Assembly: GCF_000181795.1 (NCBI RefSeq) | Contig: NW_003526943.1 | Coordinates: forward strand, 1,793,647-1,857,646 | Direction of reading: 5' to 3' | Length of the DNA: 64,000 bases | Source: Trichinella spiralis | Lineage: Eukaryota | Part shown: piece after piece, positions 40,301 through 54,251 of the stretch | Layout: each line of letters opens with the position of its first letter | Numbering within the stretch: the first letter of the stretch is position 1 | Notes under the pieces: model-generated | What the model was told of the DNA's origin: nothing | What the model saw: the letters and a program-made list of their open reading frames with translations, nothing else | Database searches by the model: none | Made by a program: the position numbers and the translations under genes

Positions 40301-42798
40301 CAGTTTTTTCTTTTATTTTATCCATTTATTTATTCAGCTTTGAAATGTAGTGAGATTTTTATTTGAAAAAGTGTATAATGTACAAATGTGATTTTAGAAG
40401 CGGAGAAGATACGCATGGAATTTGAGAATGTAATCGTGACAAAAGAGAATGAACTTTTGGGATATGTGAACGTAAAAAAAGATATTGAAAAGTTGCAAGA
40501 AAAAATGTTGGCATACATTACCAAGGCCAATTACATTGCACCATTTTTATTGCCGGGACGTCTTTTGCATGTACGTAAAGTTGTTGCGTTTGTTATTTCA
40601 AAAGTAATAAGCAGTGGACTCTGGTTAAGACGAACAGTTTTTACAGTAGGAAAATTAACATATCTAATAGTATTCAAGCGTTTTGTTCCAGCGAACACCA
40701 AGCTCTGCTTAAAACAAATTTCCCTTTTAATACGAGCAGTTTTTTTTTTCAAAAGCATTATTGAGCTTGAAAATCAGGCGATTAGTTCAAGCGCAGCGTC
40801 ACGTATCGCGCAATCTGTCTTCGATTCACTTGACTAAGTGAGAATTTTGTTGAGGACGCACACAGCATTCAATAATATCAAAAAAACTATAATTTGGATT
40901 TATGTAAGCAAAGCAATAATAATAATAATGACGTGTGAAATGCCGTTTAGCGCATTTTCAAAAGTAATATAAATCTTCTAGCATGAAAAATTATTTGTCG
41001 ACGTGTCTGCCTTTGAAACATTCATTCATTGCTACTCCTCTGTGAAATGAACATTTTTCGTGTTCGTAGTAACCAGGGTCCATTGTACATTTATTATTTA
41101 AAAATTTTGCTGCTTTTCACTTGGTTATACTAGTTGATGGTAATTACTGGTAATTAATTTGTTGGTGTGATTTTAGATCAGAACACAACATGACGTTTTT
41201 GGATGGGGTGTATTGATTAATTTTCGAAAAATTTATTGCAAAGTACGTATAAAAAGTGTTGTTTGATCAGAATATTGTTTGTTTTTTGCAAAATTAATTG
41301 TTTAGCGAAAAAATCTGGAAGTGAATCCGGAATTTGTCGTCGATGTTTTGTTGCCTGTTTCGAATGCCTCTTATACAGGCAAGGGAGATATTGAGTGTTT
41401 GAGACCCGCCGTTCCTGGACAAAAAGCCAAGATTGAGGTAAAATTTTTATCTCGAATATTGTTTTTTCTTTTTTTTTCATTTCTAATTCAACAAAATTTC
41501 TCCAGATTGTGCCCATTTTGTTGCACTGCATAAGTAAAATTAGTAGCATTCGAGTACGGTATCCGATTGACTTGAAAAATGATGATTCCAAGAATTCAGT
41601 TTTGAATACACTGACAGTATGGCATTAGTTTATTTATTGAAGAATTTGCTCTTGATGAAGAATTGTTTTCAGGAGGTGAAAAGACGTTTTCCGGAATCAG
41701 AAGGCGGTATTCCATTACTTGATCCAATAAAAGACATGAAAATTAATGATGAAGAATTTATTGAAATGCACAATCGGGTGGAGTTACTGAAGTCATCAAT
41801 AGAGCAAATGGATATCACTAAAGATCCATTATTTGAAGATTATTTGGAAAAATATGAAGAAAAACAACAGGTTGAATTATTTTTTTTAATTTGTTTGTCA
41901 ACAGTATCACGCATACTTCATTATAATTGTAATATTCAATTTTAGTTGCTGAATAAGTGGAATGAAGCGAATGAAAACTTGAAAAATACAAAAAATTTGA
42001 TGCATCTGGATGAACTGCACCGCCGTAAACGTGTACTGCGAGCTCTTGGATATGCAACCAAGCAAGATGTGATTACATTGAAAGGACGAGTAGCTTGCGA
42101 AATAAGCGTGTAAATATTAATTATAAATGATGCTTAAATAATTGTGTGATTTTTCTTTTTATAAAATATAAATAGTTTATTTGTTTGATCTTTAGGGCGG
42201 ATGAATTGTTGCTGACTGAAATGCTTTTCGAGGGTATTTTTAATGAATTATCGGCTGAAAAATGTGCATCACTGTTGTCATGTTTCGTTTGTCAAGAGAA
42301 AGTAGAATCTGCAGAATTGCCTCCAGAATTTCGAGATTTGCTTAATTCTCTACATGTATCTTTATAAATAATGCATCAATTTTTCTTTTAAAAAAGTCTG
42401 AATTTTCCATTGTAGAAGATAGCAAAGCGTGTTGCACAGGCTACACTTGAGGCGAATTTAGAAATAGACGAAACGGATTATTTGCAAAGTTTTAAGCCTT
42501 ACATGATGCAGGTTGTTCACGCCTGGTGCTTGGGAGAAAGTTTTTCCAAAATCACGGGGATGACAACTATTTTCGAAGGTAATCTTTCTCAAAAAAGAAG
42601 TTAATTAATCTTTTTTTCAACGTTATTTATTTTTTTCTAGGAAGCATTATAAGGTGCATACGACGATTGGAAGAATTGTTGCGAGAAATGGCATCGGCAG
42701 CAAAAGCCATGGGAAATGAAGATTTGGAAGCTAAATTTAATAATGCTTGCTCTTGTATGAAGAGAGATATAATATTTGCAGCAAGTTTATATTTGTGA
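37356..42798 (+). CDS. mtr-4: Exosome RNA helicase MTR4 (SKIV2L2/MTREX), multi-exon
   Basis: [72 protein letters not shown], arch/KOW region and C-terminal [12 protein letters not shown]. Confidence 0.97.
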
Positions 42799-43421
42799 TG
42801 TGTATATTCTGTTAAATGCATTGTTATATTGTTTTGATTGATATTTCATCATATTATGTTATTATTCAGAATTCAAAAAGTTTATTATACTTGAAATTTG
42901 ATATTTTTTGAAGATGAAATTTTACATTTCATCATTTTATTTACTGTGAAATATGAAGTTACAAAAGAGAAATATTTGAAAGTTGAATTTGGTAAGCAAG
43001 CAGAAAGGAAATTGGAAGAAAGAAGCATCGAAATCTGCTTTATTCGTGAATTGAAAATGTTTTTCGTCCGAGATAGTGTTTGAAATCGTTGAGCAAAATG
43101 AAAATGTTTCCTAATAAAGTTTTTGATGTTCATTAAATACTGTTTTTTTTAATTTAAATAAGAATATTTAGCATTTTGCTTTCCAAACACGAGAGCATCG
43201 TTGATTTCAATGGATTTAATTAACAACAATATATTGGATTTCAAATAACAAATATTCCAATGCAGTATTGATTTGTTGTCACTGAGGGAGGTGAAATTTG
43301 TTTTTATTTTTCAGAGCTTCACAATTACAGTAGTGTAAAGTTATTGAATTTTAAATTTTATTTACACATTTTTTCTACAATATAGCTCATTGATTTCTTG
43401 AATAAGTACAGGGGGAAAGAT

Positions 43422-44789
43422 TTATTTTTTAATCAAAAATTGTCTTGAGAAGCGAAATTCTTTCAATTCTGCTGACCTCTGCTTGTCGTCAGAAGAAGAC
43501 TGTTGTTCACTGATATTGACTTGATCGTCGTGCTTTGGGATAGCAGAGCTTTGCTTCTTCATTGGTGAAAGAAGGGAATTTTCGATATGACTTAAACGGT
43601 CCGGTATAGAAATGCCGGGTGGAGTTAATAATATTTTCAAATTCTTTCTTTTCGCGTACCACCAAATCATCGCTTTCCGTTGACAATCATAATCATTCAT
43701 TTCAGGACAACTGCCCGCGGTGGTATTCTTATTAACCGAAGGATTTTTATCGTTTGTCGAATTCTTCGAAACAATCTTCAACAACTTTGGCCTCTGTTTA
43801 AAGTGAAACTGAAATTTTCTCACGGCTGTTTCAGAACCATTTTGGGAAAGCGATATAGCTTCATCGACAGATGCTTTTGGTATTTTTTTGAACGACAAAT
43901 CTACAACAATTGGTGCTTTTTCTGGTCTGTAAAAATACGAGCAAAGTCGGTCTCCGGTTGCTATTAAAGACGACTGCCGGCATCGCAAAAACCAAGTCGG
44001 TAATGCTGAAGATAGTTCAGTTTTGAACTCTTCAACAGAAATCACATCTTCAAACTGAACATATTCACAATCTGCACAATTTGATGACGTTTCACTTAAC
44101 CTGAACAATGAAAAATTGAGTAGAAAAAAGAATTTGATATCAAACATCACAACAACCTACCTTGGATCTGATGATGTCGACGCAGCAACTTTCGAACAGT
44201 GTGAAACATTCTGTTCTATAATTTCTTTTCTTTTGAATATACTTTGTATAGAATATTCAGGCGTTTCATATAGATTCAACGTCTGCTTCTCACTTTGTAA
44301 AATATGCTGTGTTTTCACAAGAATTGTACTTTCCACTACATGTTCTTCGGTCTTAGTAATACTTCTGATAGCATATTCCGCTATTCTGGATATTTTTTTA
44401 AATTTATCAACTGCTCTCTGTTTCTTGTCGTGTACTATATGATGAGATTTTATTTTTTCCCTTTTCCTGTAGCAAGAGTTATCTTTCGAAACGTTCAATT
44501 CTCTGACTTGTTTTGAAACTTGCATATGATTAAATATACCGCCAACGTTGCATGTCAACCTTCTTCGCCCAGTAATTTCAGGAAAGGCAAAACGATTTAC
44601 CTTATGGTAATTTTTATGATGATTCACTGCTAACTGCAAAGGTCGAGAAGATACAGCCTTTGAATGTTCAGAATACTCTTTGCGTTTTTTCTTTTTTGGA
44701 GACTTTTCCAAATCCAAACTCTCATTGTATGATGATGATGATGATGATGATGAACAAGGAACACATTCTAAATCACTATCGCTTCCCAT
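43422..44789 (-). CDS. Hypothetical basic/Ser-rich protein (2 exons, intron ~44102-44160)
   Basis: Two long ORFs joined by a short GT-AG intron. Ser-rich N-terminus and an NLS-like PKKKKRK. No family recognised. Confidence 0.7.
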
Positions 44790-45033
44790 TTCACTGCTAA
44801 CAAAAGCATTGTAGAACGACGAAATTACAGTCTTCTCACATGGGATACTGAAATGACAATTTGAACAAAAGAAAAAAATGAAACAAACAAACAAAAACAC
44901 AACAATATATCGTGAAGCGAATAGTAAATGAATAAAAAGTCAAATTTTCAAAATAATAATTTAATTTTTAACTTAAAATAGAAATTTAGAAACAATATAA
45001 GGTCGGTAACAAGAGGTATTTTGAACACGGATA

Positions 45034-48000
45034 CTATGATTTCTCAGCATCATGACTGTCAGACGTTTTCCTCTTTTCACCATGAGACTGTTGCATTGAT
45101 GCAGAGACGATATCCTTTTGAGATCGACTAAATAGATAAATATTCATAATAAGATAATTTTAAAAGATCATAATTTACAATTCTTCGGCAAATCCAGAGG
45201 ACAGTTCACGCAGGCGAGCAGATTCAGCTTTGAGCTTCTCTTTTTCATCATTGTACAATTTAAGCAACTCGCTTGATTGATTGGATTCAAAAATTCCAGA
45301 TGACTGAGCCACTGATGCTGAATGTGATTTGGCCAATTGAAGCTCTAGTGTCATATTCTCCAACTTTCTTTTAAGCTATAAAAACAAACAGCTTCATTTC
45401 AAACAACAACAACAACAACAACAACTTTAATACTTCTGCATAATCAGTTTCCTTTAACGTAAGCTTTTGCAAAAGACTAATTTTTTCAGAGTCCATTTGA
45501 AGTACAGTTTTCCTAAGATCGATCAAATCTTCTTTCAAACTTTCAATCTGCTTCATCGCTAATTCACGATCTTTCTCCAATTCTTGAACATATGTATTCA
45601 TTTTCTGTAGCTGTTCTCTGAGCAATGTAAATTCCTTTGCATACTATAAATCATAAATTTTGTACAATAAAATAAAAATGAAAAAACAATAACGATATAT
45701 TGTTCTTTGAAAAATAAATTTAGCTAACAAAAAACATGCACATGTATGAACAGCAGTGTCAAAAATGATGAAAATACACAATAAGTATAATAAAAGAAAG
45801 AAAAAGAAAAAAAATAAATAGTAATCTTACGTTTTCTTTTTCTACAAGGAGAAGTTTATTTGCTTCGACATTCTGCGCATCAATATCCAAAAATTTAGCA
45901 GAAGCCAACTTTCTCTTGAATTCTTTTTCCTAAAATCGTGCATAAGCGTATAAAAATTTCACAATTAAACTTCAAACTCAGTAATACTTTGTCTCTCATT
46001 AAAGATTCGTATTCACGAACCTGCTGAACACTTTCAAGAACAGAATTACGCCAGTATTCTTTATCCGCTATTACTTCCTTGAGTTCTTCTTCAAGAGTCT
46101 TACAAAAAACACTACCGCTTCAGAATTTCAATTTCAATTTCAATTCAATTACAAAGAATACCTTTTTCGACTGTTCTAGTGCTGAAAATTCAGATTGCAA
46201 TTTCAAATAATCGTCTAAAATGGAAGTACGATTCTTTTCAGCATCTTTTCTTGCATCCGTTGCTGATTCCAAAGCCTTTGCCATGCGATATAATTCATCC
46301 TCTTGATCCACTAAAGTTTTCTTGAACTTGCTGCAAATGAAATTGATTTTTAAAAAAAGTCTTAAAAAACACTGCATAACACATACTCGTATTCCTTTTC
46401 CAGCTGTATCACGATATTCTGAAGTTTCTTAATTTCTTCATCCTGAGAAAAATTGTTCATTTCTCACTTTTTCATAATATAAAAATAAATTATTCTTATT
46501 TTGAAAACTGTCTAAAAATTTATATTTATCACCTATAAATTCTTATTTATTAAAAATAAGTAAAGGAAACAATCATTAATAAATTAAAAATATTAATTTT
46601 ATAAGATGAAATGTAACATTGAAAAAGAACTGCTGAGCAATAACGGGACAACTAACCTTTTCTTTTCTTGAAGACAGTTCGTCAGAAATTTTTGCATTAG
46701 CAGAGCCAGCAGATTCAGAATCTATAAAACACGTAAAAAATCACAGCAAATCACACAATACAAAAACAATTCCTTAAACCTGGTATGTTTTCTGCAGCAG
46801 AATGTGATGGTTTAGATGCATTCGCTGCTTGTTGTACTACTAAAATGTCATCTGACTCCCTTAAAGAAAAAATTCTGTACAAAATTCATGCATATGCAAT
46901 TGCTGAAAATGTGGCTAAAATTTTAAACTAAAAACAGCATGCTTCGAGTTATTGAAAGTTATATTTTGCAAAATTTACCAACCAAAAAGAATAATACCTT
47001 AAATTTATGCCTCTTTTCAAAACTAGCTGCTGCAATTGAAGAGCGCAACTTTCTGCCACTAGTAAATCTTTGCGCAAAGTTTCATTCATTGTACGTAGCA
47101 TGTTGCAATTTTCTTTCAATTTTTGTATGTCACTTTCCAACTAAAACAAATACATATATATATATATATATAGAATATTGTATAATATTGTCCAAAATAT
47201 TCCCAATAAATATATGCAGCCAATAATCATTTACTTTCAACTTTTGGCTGTCCAAGAGATTATAATTTGCTTTATGTCGGCACTGCTCCGTTTTGTGCTT
47301 ATCAACCAAATCCTAACAATAGATAAAATACAATTATAAATACAAAAAAATATGCACCTTCAGGTGTGTGCTTTTCAAAATGATTTTTAATAATAAAGTT
47401 TCACCAACGAACTTTATAAATGGTAAAAAGCTTCTGATGTCGAGTCCGCCATTTTAAACAGTTGCTACATTCATCTGATGATGTTTTAACTTTTTCGTTT
47501 AAAGAAATTATATTTTGCAATTCTTCAATTTCTCTTTTCAACTAAAAAATAAAAAATAAGAACAACATAATCAAAAATAATTTAAATATGACAACTTACT
47601 TCTGTGCATTTGCTATTAAGCTTTTCATTTTCAATTAACATTCGATCATACTCTTCAGTGACAAACATGGATAAAAGATACGCATCTTTGGTTTCTGGTA
47701 TCAATTTTCTCTTCTGAAAATTAATTCATTTATTTATAAAATAAGAAACGACCTATTAAATTCATTCTAAATTATATATACTTCGCCAAACAATCCACTC
47801 TTTCTATCAGGATATTTTCGAAAATAAGCATGATTATTTTTTTGCATCTTCCGACAAGTGGAACAATACCGATTTACACGATAACCAGATGAAAAATATG
47901 AAAATCCTGAAGGGAAAATTTTTTAATTACTCATTTATAAATTCTGATCAAATTTGAATTAAAATACACTGTATAAAAGTTAAAAGATCTGAAACTTTTC

Positions 48001-50751
48001 ACTGAGACAAATTAAAATTTCGTGGAATTAAAAGGTGAGAAAAAAAACCTTTGCGACGATTATTCTTTTTCTTCTGCTTTGACAAATGTTTCTGTTCTTC
48101 CTCTTCATCATAAGCATCACTCCTGTTTGATACTTTTTCAACAGTAGAAGATTTCCTTCTTGTGGGAGATTTTTTACTTTGAGAAGAAACCTTTTTGGGA
48201 AAATCTAAAATATAACTGTCCATAAAAAGCAAACTGAAATTTGAATAAAACTGAATATTCACCCAAAGATAAGGCTGAATCGTTGCTAGTTGGTGTTGTT
48301 TTCTGTTCAGATGTATTCAACTGAGATAAATCTTGAAGAAGGCGATTCTTTTCTCGAATTAAAGATTTTATCTTAGCTTCTGAACGTCTGAGGTTAGTTT
48401 CCTTTGATTGCAACTGCTGCTTTAAATCTTCACAATTATGGCAAACAGGCTCTACTGAAGTCTAATAAAACAACAACAAAAAATGCATATTTAATATCTA
48501 TGTTTTTTTTATTAAATAGACCCAACCGGCAATGATAAACCACTAAAAACATCATCCTGCCCTGCGGTTGATTTGGATAGAAGAGATGCGAGGCGAAAAT
48601 TTTCTTTCGTCAATCGAGTTATCTAAAAAAACTCAAGGTCTTTCTTTGAGATGAAATTCAAAATCACAAAATTCCTACCTCATTACAAAGTGATGCACGG
48701 TCGTCTTCATAATCGTTTCTTTCCATATTATATGATACGTGCTTGTCAAGCGGGGTGTGATGCTACATTAATTATACACTTGTATCATAACAATGTAACA
48801 TGCAAAATACAATAATTGAAATTTAAAATTCAATAATTTGAATATTTAAAAAAATAATAGATCAATTTTAAAAGACATTGCAGAAAACAAACATGCCTCA
48901 TTTGTTAAAAATTTGGTAAACAAAAAGTGGTACTGCTTACTTTTCCAAGAACGTTTTTATTTCGCTCATTAAACGGCAATGGAAAAACATCATCTTCATC
49001 CCTGGAATATGTTCATTTAAAGTAATACTGCCCCTACTTCTTAAAAGCAGAAATCAATTATTGCATTGCAATAAAATTACAACTGCGAACATCAGTAACT
49101 GCTACTAATTGTATTTTTAAAATGTAAATAGTGGATGTTGTTAAATCAAATTAAAATATGATTCTTCTCAAAGAATATGCATATAAAATAACCTGCTGAT
49201 TTACACTTACAATCTGACAAATCATATATCAACAATTATAATATATTCAGAAATATGTTCAAGTTTTGCAGTAAAAAACTTTAATAACTAAGTAAGAAAA
49301 CATACAGCAGTAAGCAATCATTGCTTCTGACAAAAATTGAACAATTACTTTGCAAAGATAAAAATGTAGTTAATAGCTAAAGCTCTTTGAGAAACTTTCA
49401 TTGAAAAAATAATACAACTGCTAGTTTCATAATAGAAACAATAAGCATTATATATAACAAACGTAACAGAAGTATTAAAAGTCAAAAACTGTTATTATGG
49501 CAAATTTCTACAATAATCGTTGACTTTTTTAATTTCATAATTCAATTAATCCATCAATCATGTAACAAAAAGACTTACGACACGTTTTCGTTCGGATGTT
49601 TTTCAACCTTAGCATTGGTCAAACTTCCTCTGTCAACCATAGATATATCCTTAACTTTCGCCATCTCCGTATTAGTATGCTTTCGCACTAAAATTATTAA
49701 AAAACAACAACAATATTTATGTCAGTAGTACTTTTATTACCTTATTATTCGAACTAAACTTTCACAATACAAAAAATTAAGATATTATGAATAAAATTAT
49801 TAAATATTATAGAATATAAATAAACTTATAGTTTGGCTCACCTTTTCCATCACTGCTTTTACTTTTTTTTCCATCTTCAGTGCTACGGAGAAGTTTCCTT
49901 AACTGCGCTTCATCTTGCTTCTTCATAAAATTAAGCTTTGAAATTTTTGAAGTGTAAGATGAAATTTTATGAATTAAATCTAAAAGAATAATCATTTAAA
50001 ATACATTTCAATAAATAACTTTCCAAAGTTATTCATTTTGCAAATATTGCGCATAAATTAAAATTTTATTCCACTCCACTTGCATTAAATTTAACTTCGC
50101 TGTAATTCAGCAGATATTTCTATCATCATTCAGCAATAAAAAATAATTCTTAAAATACATAAGTACTGTTCAGAAGACTTCATGTTAAATTTCATTTCAA
50201 TAAAATTTAACATAGTCATCCCAACTGAGTTTGGCACTTAAATTTTAAGATTAATTAAATTAAACATTGATTAAAACATTTCTTTAGAATATTATCATAA
50301 AATTGAAAACGGATTATTTTATTCAGTAAAGAAATATTTTCAGATAAACCAACTACATATTATATTTTAATATTACAGTCTAGAAATACCACAATTTTAT
50401 GTAAACGAATTATCTACGCAGTTCAGATTACTTTAAAAAGATAAGTTACAATTCCAAAAAAGTCTAGCTTGAAATATAACAGAAGTTTTGATATTAACAA
50501 ACTATATTACAGATTATTTTATAAAAAGTAAATTCATCTAATACAGAAATGAAGCAACGAAGATAGTGGAGGACATTAATAAAAACGCTTGAATATATTA
50601 TTTTAAATCATTCCACAGTGTTAAAAAAGTAAAAATGAATGTAAACTTCGTTAAAATTTCAAACATATATAAAATTCCAACCTTTGACTGCTTTTTCATC
50701 TTTCGACTTCTTTGCTTCATCAATAAGAAGTTCCGCTTTCCTGGCAGTCAT
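45034..50751 (-). CDS. Long multi-exon coiled-coil protein of unknown family
   Basis: Chain of heptad-rich exons (MTARKAELLIDEAKK...; LVDQEDELYRMAKALE; LREQLQKMNTYVQELEKD...; last exon RSQKDIVS...DAEKS*) with splice sites. May be more than one gene. Confidence 0.65.
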
Positions 50752-50989
50752 CTGAAAATTAACTGCTATTTTATCATAGTTCATTAATTGAATATTATCA
50801 TGATAAAAAATTAATTACTCCTTTAAATTTGAAAACAAATCTTCTAAGAACTTAAAAAATAAACATACGCTTATAAAAAGCAATTAAAACCCCGCAAGAC
50901 TACTATCACTGAAAATTAAGTACTTTATACTGTTAATACAGTATAATAATAGTAAAGTATTAAATAATTTTTAGATTACTATAAATAAG

Positions 50990-51018
50990 TAAATAAATAA
51001 ATAAATAAATATAAATAA

Positions 51019-51058
<40 letters not shown>

Positions 51059-51067
51059 ATATAATAT
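50990..51067. repeat. Compound AT microsatellite (TAAA)n-(TA)n-(ATATA)n
   Basis: Read directly from the sequence. Confidence 0.9.
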
Positions 51068-51352
51068 AAAATTTCATTATAATATTTAAGATAACTTTTA
51101 CCGTGTTATTTTTAATATTGATTAATTTTCGATTCGATTAATTTTAAAATAAATGAAATTGTTACTACGTGAATTTCGCTGTAGTTAAAAATTCATTCGC
51201 ATATAATGTTTAAAGTTTGAAAATTTATATACATAATTCATACATAACGTTTAAAGTTTAAAAATGTTATGGCTTATTTCAATTTAAAACAAATTTTCGG
51301 TTTAGTCCGTCTCGTTAAAATTTTTGGGACTGCGTTCTTATTGGTTGGAAAA

Positions 51353-51651
51353 TGTCGTGTTTTCATTGGATAGCTTTTGATTGCATAGTATGACGTAATT
51401 GCATTGGTTGTGTTAAAAAATTTAGGCGAAACATGGTAGGATGGGTACATCGCTTTGACGACCGCTTTCATCTACATTATCAGCGGGAAAACGATCAGTT
51501 AGTGTGTGTGTGATTACGTGGCTTGTGTATGTTAGTTTGTTGCGCTATCCTGCTGATGTGTTGTTCATTTTATTCTACAACTGAATAAATAGTTATACCT
51601 TGCGTTTCGTAGTCTATTTGTCTCGTAATGCCCAAGACCCACTTTACGACA
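51353..51651 (+). mobile_element. Putative LTR relic (~300 bp)
   Basis: TGTCGT...ACGACA terminal inverted hexamers, internal AATAAA (~51585), followed by A-TGGAGCAGG (PBS-like). More GC-rich than its flanks. No target-site duplication seen. Confidence 0.4.
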
Positions 51652-52256
51652 ATGGAGCAGGTAGAAAGTGAGGAAACACGGCTAGAAGGAAAGCCCGGCA
51701 CGTTACACCAGCTATACACTTCATAGCCCCCCTAAAGCTAAAAATCTGACTCTAATTGTATGTTTTAAATTGTGCAGTAATTCTGATGGCTGGAAATATC
51801 AAATTCTTAGCATAATACTTGCTTATCATTACAAGTTTACAGTCTATCATTTTATCAACTGTTGAGAATATAGTTTAACAAAAGTCGCTGTTTGTAACTA
51901 TGACCAGTTATCAGTAGAAGACAGGATAGGTTTATAACAAATTGTGCAGGAAATGAATATGCGTATAATATGTGAAAAAGGCATGTGAGAGCTAATACAA
52001 AACGTTTCTGCATTATAAAAAATTTAATCTTTTTCATGATTTCCGTTATTTTGCGTGTTCGTATATGAACAAACTGAGAATTATTGAAATTAGAAAGCAT
52101 AGTTTCGTAAAGTTTTATGGTACAAAATAGCGCACAAACTGAACAATTATTAAACAACGTAAGAATTTAAATAAGCACAGAATTCATGCTGAATGTACAT
52201 AATGAGAATTTTACTTGATTAGAAAATTTGTTTTTATAAAATGTGTATAATATTTT

Positions 52257-53313
52257 CTATCCTGATCTCCTCGGGTTGTTCTTATTTGAATGCAAGCTGC
52301 ACACTTCGCCTGGAGTCGGAAAAGTACTAGATAAGTGTCGGCGTCCATGGCGGTAAATTTCATAAGCTTTAACTTTCACTTCGCAACCTTTATAAAAGAA
52401 TTTGCAATCTTGATTTTTGGGTCTAACTATGTAACATATAGTGTAAATTGCCATATCTAATTCTGGACTGGATCCAAGTAACACTGTTCCAGTGTGCTTG
52501 GTTTTGCCATTCCATTTAAATCGAATGCTTGCTGTTGAATCCTGAAATCAACAGTTACTGACATATGAAGTGTTTGATGTGCTTTTACCTTTCGTTGAAT
52601 AACGAAACCACTGTATTTTAAGGCTCCTATAGATTCTAAATAAGCAAGACGAATCCAATTATGAAGACCATGCACTTCTTGATTTTCTAATTCTCCCATA
52701 AAAACATGCTCAAAAGCGCTGCTATCAGGTGGCCCATTCTTTCTTGAATAAGAATCAAACCAAAGATTGTGCATCCATTTTTTGAAAGATTTCATTGTCT
52801 TTGCTTCAGGTAAGCCTAAATATAAAATTAATGTTAGTGATGAATTTAAATCTACACATTTGAACAGTACCAATATGTTTTAAAAATACAAAAGTATGGT
52901 TCATCACATTCGTTTGCATTACTCGATTTATAAATGTTCTAACTTTTTTTCTTTGCTCTGCAGATGGCTTTTCTTCAGAGCCTATTTCAGGATTAAATGT
53001 ATTCATTAAATCCAGGAAAGCAGCGACAGTTGGCTTTTTCTTATAATATTGACTTATGAAAGTTATAAATCTAAAAGAAAGAATATTATAAATATACTAA
53101 AACTGTAAATGCATACCTTTCCGGTGGAGGCTTTCCAACACTAACATGAAACTGATAATTAAACGTAACATCCTTTAATGCAGCTCTGTTGATATCCACT
53201 GACTGTAGATCATTTATAATATTTATAAGTTCTTCATCAGACACTTTTAAAACTTCAGCGGATGTTGATTTGAACAACAGCCAAAGTATATGAAACCAGA
53301 AATAGTTTTTCAT
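52257..53313 (-). CDS. ENDOU: EndoU-family (XendoU/PP11) poly(U)-specific endoribonuclease, copy 1, signal peptide
   Basis: MKNYFWFHILWLLFKSTSA signal-like start; SAFEHVFMGE, GLHNW, K..GT.LLGSSPELDMAIYTICY. Confidence 0.92.
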
Positions 53314-54251
53314 TTGGACACTGAATGGTACCAACAATGAAATATTGTTATTAGTAAAATCCGTAAATTTGTTATATACGTACTTATTTATTTGTTTAAG
53401 TAACAAAGCATTTGCGAATGAATAAATAATTTACACAAAGAGCCATCAGTGAAAAAAGAATGTCGTGCAAGATGAATGCCAGCCAAACATTTTACTAATA
53501 AAATGCTAGCGTAGTTAATACGTCAGAATAATTTATCACGCGTCAATTTTTTATTATTAGCAGCTATAGGGAATTTAAAATTCCGAAACTACGACTACAT
53601 CTGAAAGTTGTCTCATTAAACACATTGAGCAGCTGTTGTTGAACATTATGCAGAATGATAATGATTAATAATAACCTGATTTAAAATTTGAATTCCTTAA
53701 AATAAAAAATTGAGTTGAGTAAAAAACAAAAAACTTTAAAATGTTGTGAAATGAAATAATTAAAATTTGAAGATGCTAAATATTTTTTTACTAAATTTTA
53801 TTAATTATTTCTCATTGATTTCAACAGTGATGTAAATTTAAATAAAATATTTAATAATTTTAATTAATTTATTTATTTATTAGAAAAGCAGAAAATATTT
53901 TCAACACAAAATATTCTGAGCAGTTTAAAGTAGAAAAGCAACGTTAGTATTATTTTTTTAACTTACGTTTTCTGTTTTTAAATCGAGCTCTAGAAAACAA
54001 AAACATTGCGTAAAGTATAATAACGCAAAGCAGATACGAATATAAATAAATGGAATGAAATTTGCATAATTTGACTTTTTCAGATGTTTTATAACAGGTA
54101 CTTTTAAGAATTCCCATTCTTAAAAATTGCATTTTTTATGAAGCATCTTTAAAATAATAATATTTAAAGTGAATTATAAAATGTAATGTGTGTTAACCAA
54201 AAGTGAAACATTGCAATAGATGGAAACAGAAGTGAAAAAGAGAATGCAATA

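Noticed and set aside
40571..40837. Open frame continuing into the MTR4 intron
   Set aside because: MTR4 similarity stops at PGRLLH, at a GT donor, and resumes at ~41177; the read-through is not protein-like.
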